Assembly (NCBI GenBank): GCA_964234715.1
Contig: OZ174277.1
Length of the DNA stretch: 64,000 bases
Reading direction: 5' to 3' (one strand)
Source: Podarcis melisellensis
Taxonomy: Eukaryota
Part shown: positions 24,060 through 35,574 of the stretch, one piece after another
Numbering within the stretch: position 1 is the first letter of the stretch
How the letters are laid out: each line of letters begins with the position of its first letter
Notes under the pieces: generated by a model
What the model was told of the DNA's origin: nothing
The model's database searches: none
Seen by the model: only the letters and a program-made list of their open reading frames with translations
Program-made: the position numbers and the translations under genes

Positions 24060-24800
24060 GCATAGAATAGCCTTCGGAGCCTCGCTCTCGATTCCAGAAA
24101 CCGGACGGGAAACAAAACGAACTCCATTTCCCAGCATGCCCCGGGCCCGCCCTCTCAAAGCTCGTTTCCCTCCCTCTGCCGTGTCCCTAGCCGGGCGCCG
24201 TAGCAGCCGGCGGGGGCGGCTGTCAGGCGTCTGACGGCGGGCAGGACGCGCCCAGTTTGTTGCTGCTTCCACTGAGACGCGGCTGCCTGACTAGCGGGGC
24301 GCGGGCGTCGTCGGCGTCGTCGTCAGCGGCGGCGGCTCCAGGGGCTGCCCGGCGGTGGGGACTGCGTGGCGGCCTCGGGCCGCGGCGACGGCTCCGGCCA
24401 TGGACGAGCAGGCGGGGCCCGGGGTCTTCTTCAGCAACAACAACAACAACAACGCGCTGCTGCTGCCGACGCCTCCGGGCGGGGCCGGGCAAGGGCTGGA
24501 GCCGGGGGAGGCGGCGGCGGCGGCGGCTGCCGCCGTAGCGGCGGCGGCCGGAGGCTCCTCGGCGGTCCCGGCTCCGGCCTCTGCGGCGCGGGCTCAGTAC
24601 AGCGTCCCGGGCATCCTGCACTTCCTGCAGCACGAGTGGGGCCGCTTCGAGGCCGAGAGAGCCGAGTGGGAGGCGGAGCGGGCGGAGCTGCAGGTACCGT
24701 CCGGCCGCTTTCCCTTCGCCTTTCGCCTCGTCGGGCCGCCGCCTCTTCTATGCAAACATCTCCACACGCGCGACTCTTCCTTCCCCTTCCCCGCCCGGAC
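24060..24800. promoter_or_regulatory. STRN: CpG island / STRN promoter, 5'UTR and exon 1
   Basis: Abrupt switch to very GC- and CpG-rich sequence with GC boxes around the STRN ATG (ccggccATGG, strong Kozak). Confidence 0.85.
24400..24693 (+). CDS. STRN: Striatin exon 1 (caveolin-binding motif, start of coiled coil)
   Basis: MDEQAGPGVFFSNN...AARAQYSVPGILHFLQHEWGRFEAERAEWEAERAELQ; CAG|GTACCG donor; N-terminus MDEQAGPGVFFSNN is diagnostic for STRN versus STRN3/STRN4. Confidence 0.96.
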
Positions 24801-25509
24801 CTGTCTGCTGTTCTTCTCTGCTCCCTCCCTCCCCCCATCTCTCTCTTCTCCGTGCTTCCCCATCGGTTTAGCCTCGGAACTGTGGAAGAGGAGTGTGTCT
24901 CTGAGCATATGCAGAGCGCCTTTGCCTTGAGTGATTATTGTCAGGGTTTGCGGGGAGGCTTTCTAGCTTGTCTAAGCTGGGGGTCTTTCTTCTGAAGGAA
25001 CAAAGCCCTGGTTAGTGCTAGGCGGGAAGGGGCTAACAGGAGAGCTTCCTTTGACAACTGTTAGCTTGGGTCAGGCTGGATTACAGGATGTACAGGTGCT
25101 TGGTGCCATGATAATATTATGGTTTTGGTCCCAGCAGAACATGAGTTGTGTATGTGCCTCCTTGCTCCACATGGGAATAGGAAAGGAGAGAGGATGTGAT
25201 CTGGTAGTTGCTCTCCCAAGTACTACCCTTTTGAGAAGGAAATTATTAGAGATTTGTGTGATGTCTGTTAGTTATCTTTAACCAATATAAAATTGATGTG
25301 TCCCGCATGTAAAACAGCTTTGTTTTGGAATGGTGACTCAGTATGTGTGAACATTTTTCAAAGCACATCACATACATTGTCTGAGAAACACTTACAGCAG
25401 CCCTGTAAAATAGAGTGATATTAATATCCTCACCCGCTGAAGGCAATTTCATTCAAATGGCAAGAGCCTCCTCCCTGTTTCTCTGTGCCCACTCACCCAT
25501 CTTCCATGG

Positions 25510-25665
25510 AGGCCAGTAGTGGTGTAGTGGTTAGAGTGTCGCACTAGGACCTGGGTTCAAATTCCCACATGGCCATGAAGCTCACCGGGTGACTTGGGGC
25601 CAGTCGCTTCTTCTCTGCCTAACCTACCTCACAGGGGTGTTGTAGGGATTAAATGAGAAAAGGGT
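25510..25665 (+). mobile_element. MIR/CORE-type tRNA-derived SINE
   Basis: GGTGTAGTGGTTAGAG A box, GGTTCAAATTCC B box, GGGTGACTTGGGGCCAGTC...CCTACCTCACAGGG core. Confidence 0.7.
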
Positions 25666-26314
25666 ACATCATTTACTGATACCAATTGAGCTCTCTGGCA
25701 AAAACGGTCGCACCAAAGCCCCACAATATGTTGGCTGAATGGGATGCAAATTTGGCAGTTGGTTTATTGTGGGGAAGGTGTGAGGTCAGTAAGGGTTTTT
25801 TCTGATGCCGCATTTAGTTTCTTTGGATGATGGAAACAGGGCCCCCTATTGTAAGGAGCTGTAGCAAGGTTTATGATTCTCAAGCATTTCAGAAGCACTT
25901 CTTTGATGTGTTTGTACCATGTGTGAAAAATCTTATGTCAGGCTAGTTGGTAAAGAAAGTGGAATGGAAGGATATACACATGCATGTTCTGTCAGTATGG
26001 GCATACATGTGCAAAATTAGACAAAACCTGCAAGGTGTGGAGTTTGCTGCATGTTCTTACATCTTGGGATATTGTGTACCCCAACCTTATGATAGAAGGC
26101 TTTAAGATCTCCAAACAGCATGTTCTGTAGTAGACACGCTAGCTACAGTGGGAGTTTTGCTCAGCAGGTGGTTCAATTACTGTGGCCTTTACTAGGTATT
26201 TCAATTTTTAGTGGGTTTTTAAAAGCCTTAAATGTAGAAGTGCAACAGGATGAAGATTCCTTCTGCATTCCAGATTGTGCAAGAAGCTACCAACATAACT
26301 TGGACTTGGTAGTA

Positions 26315-26544
26315 CAGGCAACTCCCCATTTATGCAGGATTGCATTCCGGGTCATTGCGTGCTTGTGTGAAATTATATGAAATCGGAGACCCATTGGAAA
26401 AGCCTGCATAAAGGCCCCCCCACCCCCAGTTCCTCCCTTTTAGTGATATTTCAGTGATGTTTCGGGGTTACTTCTGGGTTCAGGATATGTGCACTTGTGC
26501 ATGATCATGCACGTATTGGTTGCGTCCAAAACGGGAGCTGCCTG
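26315..26544. mobile_element. Tc1/mariner-like MITE (second family)
   Basis: TA|CAGGCAACTCCC...GGGAGCTGCCTG|TA terminal inverted repeats with TA TSD. Confidence 0.7.
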
Positions 26545-27277
26545 TAAATCTTCGAGCCTGAACTTGTCATAGGCTGCATAAAGTCCCTGGTAAAGGCACT
26601 TATCTCTGCTGTGTCTCCTTTTTCAGGTTGAGCAAAGGCTGATTGAGCGGTTCATGGTTATCTAATATTGTAGAATAGCCTCTGCTATTATTCCACATGA
26701 GAGGTTGTTGTGTCATTTGAAGCAAAAAAATGTGCACTTCACTATCATCCATAGATAGCATGAATTCTGAGATGCTCATTAGCTGTACAGCGGATGCCAC
26801 AGAGATGGTTGGAAAAACAATCAAGGATCAATAACAGATTTGCATTGAAATGGCAAATGTGAATCATGTAAGCAAGTATAAGGCACATTGGGGCAAAACA
26901 TTGCAACTTGACATATATGCTTACATGTGACTGGCCAGGAAAGACACCTTGCTAAATTCTGTGCTAGAGAGAATTAAGAAAGGAATTGAAAATAAAACTG
27001 CCCATGTCATAATGCCATTTTCAAAGCTATGATACAACCACACTTGGAGTCCTGTCCCGTCCTGCTTGCATTCTTCTTCCAGGTTGGCCACTGTGAGAAC
27101 AGGTTGTACTTTTCATCTGACACAGCAGGGCAGATAAATGCTAGTATAGGTAGTTGCTAGCTAGCATTTGTATATGCAGAGAATAAGGTTATAAACCCTT
27201 TCTCTCTCTCCATCATTTGCTATATTTTGTTTGTGCTGCTGATTGGTTTAAGTGTTTGTTTATCTATTAGATGTTTT

Positions 27278-28070
27278 TCATAGAATCATAGAATTGTAGA
27301 GTTGGAAGGGACCCCAAGGGTCATTAACTCAAATCCATTGCTTCCTAGCCTCTGGAATAGGAGAAAACAAGCTTGTTCCATCCTCTGTGTGGCAGCCCTT
27401 TAGATATTTGAAGATAGCTATCATTTCTTCTCTCATCTCGTCTTTACCAGGCTAAGCATACTCAATTCCCTCAACTGTTCCACATAAAGCTTGGTTTGAT
27501 CATGTTGGTCATCCTCCTCTGCACACATTCTAGCTTGTTAATATCCTTTTTAAATTATGACACCCAGACCCGGACGCAAAAACCGAAAAACCCTTTCGTC
27601 TAGCGAGTTTTTCGTCTTGCAAGGCATTCGTCTTGCGGGGCACCACTGTACTCCCATGTGTAGTCTGACCAAGGCAGAATAAAGCAAGAAAGTTATTTCT
27701 CTCGATCAGGACACTATACATTTGTTGATGCAACCTAGGTTAACATTAGTTTTTTTTGCTGATGCATCACACTATTAACTAATGTTAAGCTTGTGGTCTA
27801 CTAAAATCCCTAGATTCTTTTCACATGTACTACTGGCAAGCCAGGTGTCCCCCATCTTATATTCATGCAGCTGGTTCTTCCTGCCTCAGTGTAGAACCTT
27901 ACATTTGTCCCTATTGAAATTCATTTTGCTAGTTTCGGCCCAGTTCTCCAATCTGTTATGGTCATCTTGAATCCAATTTTGTCTTCTGTGGCATTGGCCA
28001 CCCCTCCCAGTTTGGTGTCATCTGCAAATTTGATGAGCATGCCCTCCACACTTTCGTCCCATATTGTGAT
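27278..28070 (-). mobile_element. CR1 LINE 3' fragment with nested mariner-MITE fragment (about 27578-27648)
   Basis: CATAGAATCATAGAAT CR1 tail; downstream GTGTCATCTGCAAA is the reverse complement of the FADD motif; insert ends GCGGGGCACCACTG|TA. Confidence 0.8.
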
Positions 28071-28719
28071 CCTGATTATTTAAGCATTGAAAAGTGTAGG
28101 AATGTACCTCCGTGTTTGCTCAGTGCTACTGGTTAAGCTTGCTGTAAAGGTGCAGTCCTTTATACACTTACCAAGGAGTAAGCCCCATTGTACACAATAG
28201 GATTTGCTTTCAGAAAAGCCACGGGTATGATTCTGTTGCAACATTACCAAGACAGATAAGTAGTGACAATAGTGCAAAGTGTACTCTCTTATGGGGTTAT
28301 TGTGTTTGTTAAAATTTCATAGCCCAAAACCCTACAAGATACTATAATCGTAGCAGAATTAAGAGTCCTAGTCTGTATGTTGTAAGCTTAGTATTTTTAG
28401 TTGCCTTCCTACGATTGAAAGTGTGCAAGTAGAAATAGAAAAAAAATCAAATGTTCCTATTGAACTAAGAAGTGAAAAATCAGGTTAAATTATGTTTCTC
28501 ACCTGTGAAGAGTAAATGACTTGCAATTTGTGGAATAGTTCTGTGACTAGCTGTCACTTCTCTGGTATTCTAAACTCTGACATTCTAGATTCAGGATAAT
28601 CTAGTTCAGTGGAAAATTAAATATTACTGCCTGCGCAGGCGAGTAGTGTCATTTCAGGCAGTGACAATAGGGTTTGACTGACATGTGCGTCCATGTTTGT
28701 GTTCTTTGTATTATGTGCA

Positions 28720-28892
28720 CATAGGAATATAGGAAACTGCCTACTGAGTCAGACCATTTGGTGCATCTAGTTCAGTATTGCCTATACTGACTAGAATCAG
28801 CTCTCTGGGATTTGAGGCAGGGTTCTCTCCCAGACCTACCTGGATATCCTGGGGGCAGATACTGTACCTACCACTAAACTACATCCCTTCCC
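28720..28892 (-). mobile_element. tRNA-derived lizard SINE, decayed
   Basis: ATAGGAAACTGCCT..GAGTCAGACCATT..CATCTAG..ACTGACT; related copies at about 6420-6520 (+), 39715-39800 (-) and 60040-60220 (-). Confidence 0.55.
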
Positions 28893-31800
28893 CTAATGCA
28901 AATAGAGAAATCTCACATGTTATATGTCAGCTTATGCTGTGTTTCTCTTTCACAATTATTCTACATGAGCAAGTGAGACTTAATGGAGTGCTTTCAATAT
29001 TAACTGGCTATAATCCGGGAATCTCATACCTTGTTTGGCACATTTTGCTGGACTACAGACTCCTATTTTCTGGGGAATGGCAAATCCCCAAGCCATATGA
29101 TCAGTTTTAAAACTTGAGGCAGATGACTTGGAGATCTTCTTATTTCTGGGAGATCCCAAGTCCCACAGGATTTTCTAAATTGCCAGAAGTAGCTTTCAGG
29201 ATTGCTGTGGTTGATTTACTGCCATCATCATACAATGATATTCTTTTGAAGTTAAAGCATCTCTGAGACTAAATGCAATTCTATGCACAATTATTTAGGA
29301 TTAAGTTCTACAGAAGTGGGCCTGCTTTCTGAGCACTGCATAGAATTTCTCTACCTGCTAATGATTCAAGAATGAAATGGAATAAAGTAACAGTCGACAC
29401 TGGAGATAGAATCTTGAAAGGTTCTGCTGGAGCAACTGCTAATTCTGCAGATTTTATTTTATTTTCTCCTTGGGAAAGTACATCAGATTGGAAAGGTGAC
29501 ATCTGAAAGTTAATTTTCCTCCTCTAGAAATAGCGCTCTGTGGATTACAGGCAGATGGTACTATAAATGCAGATGTACTGTTTGTCCCGCTGTTTGTGGG
29601 AGTGGGAAATTCTCATACCATAATAGCAATGGTTTTTGAGAACACTGCTTGGTTTAAGCAGTCTTTGGTCACAAGTGAATGGTAATTTCTGTCTTTTTAA
29701 AAAAAAAATCCTCTTGATGGCTGCTTTTGCTTCGGTGACGAGAAAATGAGTTTTTGGTAGAAGTTTATGCCCCTATGTTGGAATGGTGCATTTATTACCA
29801 GAATAGAGCCTGATTTACCCCTAACAGTGTGCTGCTGTACACAATCAAGCAAAGGGTTACTTCCTCTTTAGAAAGCAGAACAGAAGAAGGCTCATGCAAA
29901 CAGTATTGCCCTGTTTATTTACTTAATACATTTGTCCCCCACTCTTTCACAGAGTAGCTTACAAAAAAAGGTAAACCCTCCATATAAAATACAAAACAAC
30001 ACAACACAGTATCACAACAAATGTTAAAAGCACCAGGAAAAAGCATTGCCACTTTTCAGGGATAAATATGTTTTTTAAAAAAGCTTTCTTCCACCTGGCA
30101 AAAAAAGACAGCAGAATTTCACCAGCAAGTTGCCATCACTCAAAAAGCCTTCTGTCTGATTACTACCTGCCACACCTCAATCAGCAGGTATATATGAGAA
30201 ATCCATTCAAAGTTGACTTCCTTCAATGGGCAGGCCGACACTGAGAGGCACTTAAGGTACCTAGAAACTGATACTGTAGTTACAACCTTTGGCTTTCTTT
30301 AGTTTTTTTATTATTTTAAAAATATGAGAAAAAATAGCCTTTTATGAATTCTTTTATAAACTCTGTGGGTGTAGGAAACCAGCACACATTTATCAAAGAT
30401 AGATTTGGGTTAATGCTTTCCTGTGCTGTAAAAAATGAAGCAGATTTTTTTTGGTGTGTTTTGCACAGCAGCACATATACTGAAAACTCAAATTGCCATA
30501 TCGTCTTTGTTTCTCAAAATATGCATATTAGGATCAGTCAAGTAGTAATCCTTTCCGTTATTGAGTTATTTTGTACTGACCCTTATTCAGACTTGTCCCT
30601 CCACTAATGGAATGGCTTCTTCCATTTGTGGAAGGGATGGAGATCCAGCAGAGGCTCCCAATGGATGAAGCAAGGAGGTGATTTGTATTGATTCCCCCAG
30701 CAGTGTATCCCATCCTTTTCTAGAGGGTCACACAATCCTTCTGAGCAGCACTGTAGGGGAAAGGAGGAATCAGTAACAATTGCCATCCCTTTGCTTCATT
30801 GAGAGTGCCCCATGAGCATGGCTGCCTCAGGCAGCTGATTTTGGGTGTCATGAATGGGCAGGAAGTGGTTAGTTACCTGGTTAACTTTTATTGTGTATGT
30901 ACTCTGAGGGAGAGGCACTTAATGAAATTTTCTGTCTCGGGTGCCAAAATCAGTTGGCCAGCCTTGCACCTTGATGTGGGGTTGAGGTGCTATTTCCTAT
31001 TCCACCTGTGGCAGCATAATGTCTTGGGCCATCCCTGCTCATGAGAACTCTGGATCTAACCCAGACTGTTAATTGCTTTTCAGATAAACCTTCAAACAAT
31101 ATAAATGCCTTGCGCAGGTGCTGTGCAAAAGCTGCATTTTGTATGCAAAAACATATGAAAAGGACTACTAGAATTGAATACAATAAAAGCTGGAGATTTA
31201 AACCTGAACACTTCGTTGATCACAGCCCTTTTAGTCTGAGGGGCGCCGAATGCTCTGCAAAAGTTAGCAAGCTACACTCTTAGATAGGTGGGAGAATCAT
31301 TGGTTGATCCAAGAGATCATCATGGGAAAGCTGCACTTAGAATAAGCCTTCCACACATGTATCCACCAGGGTAGTTCCAAATCTGCGTCTCTGTTCTTAT
31401 TGCTAGCTCACATTGGGGTTTCTGTCTGATGGAGGTGCATGCCCCTATCTAGACCCACCAGTTTTTAAGCACAACTGAAAATGGGGCTTGTATCAGTTTG
31501 TGATTTAATGCTGCTCTGGCATATACTTGCTACTGATGTTTTGTTTATTTGATTTTATTTATTAAATTTATATCCCACCCTTCCTCCCAAATGAGCACAG
31601 GGTGGGAGACAGTAAGTGATAAAACATCTTTAGAACTGTTCCAGTACAGATGCAGAATGGGAAAGATGCTATAACCTGAGCAATTTAATGCACTTTCCCC
31701 CTTTCCAATGTGACACTTTGAAAAAACACACACAACTACCTGACCCAAGCCAAAGCTGTCAATAAAGTGTGCTCCACATCATTCAAAATCTTCTGTCTTG

Positions 31801-32859
31801 ACTTAAAATGCAAATGTATTTGAAGCTTTTGCATCAACTCTTTAGATCACAATTTATTCTGTCTTCTGTTTTGTTTTTGTAATCATCGCCTGTTCTAATA
31901 ATACCACAGTCCTTCAGGCTATATATAATAAACACACTGCTGGCAAACAGCATTGATAGCACTCCAGTCATGTGATTCTCCCCCCCCCCCACTTTATTGC
32001 AGAAATGATTAAATGTCTAGAGCACAATTAAATGCATAGTATGTGCATATGTGTGTATGTATACGTGCTCACATGCCTGTATGCATTTGGCTAAATATGG
32101 AATCCGATTTGGAAAAAAGATTGAGTGCAGCAAAAGATGGCGAAAGCCTCAGAAATTTATTAGTCTTACCAGCTCAGATTGTGCAACAAGTTTTCAAGAC
32201 ATAAAGTGAAAGCTCTTTTTTAAAAAAAAGAGATTTAGGGTGATATCCAACTAAGCCATACTTTTAGTAGTTTCATTGAAACAAAGGGATGATTCTTGTT
32301 TGTGTCACAACTAATCTTTCTTTTTGTGGTTGAAGATTCTGACTGAATAGCTGCAAGATTTCATTCCCACAACTCAGGCCTTAAAGGAACTAAATGTGGG
32401 ATTAGGTTCTGTGTGTCCCAAGTGGCTCCTGGGCCCCAGAGAAACAGTGGCCATCAATATTTAAGTTCGCCTTCACGCCTCTTCATCAGCAACATGTTTC
32501 AGGCAAATTCCTTGCTATTGATTCAGAGAGAGCTTCATTTTCAAATTTTGTGCAGTGTTGTTTATTTTCCAAAATTACTTTGGAAGTACAAAGTTGCTGG
32601 GAGCCTTGATCTGTGCACTCAAGTCTGCAGCTATTATTGCTATCACATCTGCAGGTGCATGTCTGTCCTAACTGGGCCAACAACTCTTTAAGTTAGAAAG
32701 GATGGGAAGAGCACGATGTGCAGCAACAGTTCAGTCCAACCCTGTGTTTACAGAACTAGCAGCATGGTACGTGGTGGTGAAGATTGGAAACACAGTGATA
32801 GATCTTAGTTTTGCGTTCTGAGTATCCCCATATGAAAGTGATTTGCTTTGAAAACTGAT

Positions 32860-33895
32860 AGGCCACAAGTTTAACATGAGCCAACAGTGAGTGCAGCAGC
32901 AAAAAAAGCTAATGCTATTTTAGGCTGCATTAACAGAAATATAGTGTCAACAGAAGTGTAGTAAAAGTACCACCCTATTCTGCCTTGGCCAGACCACACC
33001 AGGAGTCCTGTGTCCAATTCTGGGCACCACAGTTTAAGAAGGGTATTGACGAGCATGGGGCAGATGGAGATTGTAAACCTGGAAAGGTAGCCAATCTAGG
33101 ATAAGGAAACCTCTGATCCTAAGCCCTGGGATATCTTTGGGAGAGGAAAAGGCTTAGCCTACACAAAATCCAGAGTCGAGTCCCTAAAACAGTTGAATGG
33201 TGTCTTGTACATCTCCTTCCAGCAACTCCTGCAGCCAGGCTGAGAAGGAGGTCTTATCATATGGGCAGCCAGGACCTCCATACATGATGTACAGGCTTAC
33301 GCTCCAGAGGAGGTCACTTTGGTTCTGCTAACACAGCAAAAACAACATGAGAGGCATCAGTTATAGGTTACTGGTCTCTGCAGGTGCTGTGATTCTCCAG
33401 TGGTTTGACTTTGGCCCCAGAGGCACACTCCACTGTCTCTTGAGACAGCTGGATACCAACAATTGGCAAGCTAGAATGTGTGCAAAGGAAGGTTACTAAG
33501 ATGATCTAAGGTCTGGAAACCAAGCCTTATGAGGAACAGTTGAGGGAGTTAGATAGGTTTATCCTGTAAAAGAGGAGATAGAGAGGTGATATGATAGCCA
33601 TCTTCAAATATCTGAAGTGCTGTCTCATGGAAGATGGAGCAAGCTTGTTTTCTCCTGCTCCAGAGGGCAGGACTGAACCAGTTTATTCAAACTATGAGAA
33701 TGGAGAGCCCAAGTAAACATTAGGAAGATTTCTCTGACTGTAAGAGCTGTTTGACTCCGTTGGAAGGGAGTAGACTCTCCTTCAGTGGAGGTTTTTAAGC
33801 AGAGGTTGGAGGGCCATCTGTCAGAGATGCTTTAGTTGTGATCCCTACATTGCAAGTGGTTAGACTAGATGACCCTTGTACAATTCTGTGATTAT
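32860..33895 (+). mobile_element. CR1 LINE 3' part interrupted by a roughly 400-bp insertion (about 33055-33460)
   Basis: [21 protein letters not shown]...[13 protein letters not shown]; CR1 resumes at AAGCTAGAATGTGTGCAAAGGAAGG and ends ATTCTGTGATT. Confidence 0.8.
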
Positions 33896-34749
33896 ATGGA
33901 CTGTATAAGGAATGCTGGGCCATAAACACATGTGTGCTTTAATAATTGAAATTTTAACAAGACTTTATTAGAATGTTTTGCCCTTTAAACCTTTGTTTTA
34001 ATTCTGAAATTCTTAGTATCTGTTATTCTTCTCTCCCCACCCTCATCCCCCGATATTGAGCTGAGAGAGATTCTAAGGTGTATTTTACCTTTGATATTAT
34101 TGAATGAGGTTGGAGTGGAACAAATGTAGAAAGCATGCTCTCCCCTGACTCCCCCCCCCCCCGCGCACGCAATGACTAAAGCAATTCAGTATCTCTGCTC
34201 CATCCCTTCCCCCCTTCCAGGCCTTTAGGAATTGCTGCAACTGACTGAACGGTGACCTTATAGCCAAGAAGTCTTTGCAAAACCTGTTGGTAATGTTTCT
34301 AGGGTGTGTGTATAAACTGGAATGTCGCGAGCAGCCTTGGGAGTGGCTGCAAAACAACCTTAAGGGGCTGTTAGTCCTAGTACATTTCAGTTTGCATTCC
34401 TTCTGTTAAAATACCAAATACAGTACTAAATACTAAAGTCTGATTTGGTTTAGGCATCTTGTGTGCAACCAGGCACTTGATGGTTAGGCCAACCTACTAT
34501 ATTGTGGTTTGCAGCTTTTCCTCCTCCTGCTATTTTCTTTAAAAAGTTTATTACCGGGTTTACAGTTTGCTTCATTATTGCCAGAGATACACAGTACACT
34601 GTACGGCTGTTTATGAAAGCCTTTGAAGCTTGCTTATCACTGATGCGCTGCTTGTCATGTTGCAGTTAAACCATGTCTTCCCAACCTAATAACTACCTCA
34701 CCAACGCTTAAGGTTTAGTCCATGGTGCGTTTGCATGTATGGTGATTAC

Positions 34750-34918
34750 GGCCGCAGGCACACCATACATCTGAAGCGCATTTAAAGCATATGGTTTCTC
34801 CCAAATTATTCTGGGAAGGTAATTTGTACAGTGTGCAGGGAATTGTAGATCTGTGAGGGGTAAGCTAAAGGATTCTTTGGCATAAGTCATATGCTTTAAA
34901 TGTGTGGACACAGCCTAA
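34750..34918. mobile_element. Short palindromic MITE remnant (possibly Harbinger-like)
   Basis: Inverted arms CATTTAAAGCATATG / CATATGCTTTAAATG; ends GGCCGC.../...CAGCC. Confidence 0.5.
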
Positions 34919-35470
34919 AGTATTGACCATGTGGCATTATAATACCACCTTTTACCTTTCTGTGTGCTAGGACTCAGTTGCTTTTTCTTAGTATAGTGAC
35001 TGCATCATGTGAAGGCTTTTCCTTTAAACCTACTCTGAAAAGAAGGCTCCTATGGTGCATCTTTGATTTGTATTAAGTATTACATATTCCTTCAAATATA
35101 TGGGGGTGGGGAGGAATAAATCCTCCTTTCCTTTCTTTCCCTTTTAAAAATAGTAAAATATTAACTCCTACCACTTAAGCTTCAAATGCCATCAAACCTC
35201 CTCAGCAATCTTTATATAGGGAAATTCATGTCAGTTTGGTAAGTGGCAGGGCTTAGAGAACGTGAGATCTGCTGTGGGAAGTGTATTCATTACCACTGCT
35301 TGAGGTACTGTTACTTGCTTGGTTACAAGTGGGTAGACCCTCTATTTTGCAATGTAACATGTTGAAGAACGACTTAACTTTCAGATTGCAAAATTGTCCT
35401 GGAATGTCTGTGGAGAAGCAAGTTGGTTTTTTCCTTTGAAAACTGCAATGTAAAGTATTGTCTCTTTCAG

Positions 35471-35574
35471 GCCCAAATTGCCTTTCTTCAAGGGGAAAGA
35501 AAAGGTCAAGAGAATTTGAAGAAGGATCTAGTGAGGAGAATAAAAATGCTGGAATATGCTCTTAAACAAGAAAG
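35471..35574 (+). CDS. STRN: Striatin exon 2 (coiled coil, PP2A/STRIPAK binding)
   Basis: ctttcag acceptor; AQIAFLQGERKGQENLKKDLVRRIKMLEYALKQER; AG|GTATGT donor. Confidence 0.96.

Noticed and set aside
23962-24995. Several long overlapping ORFs on both strands at the CpG island
   Set aside because: Stop-codon scarcity in GC-rich DNA explains them; only 24400-24693 matches a known protein and has a splice donor.
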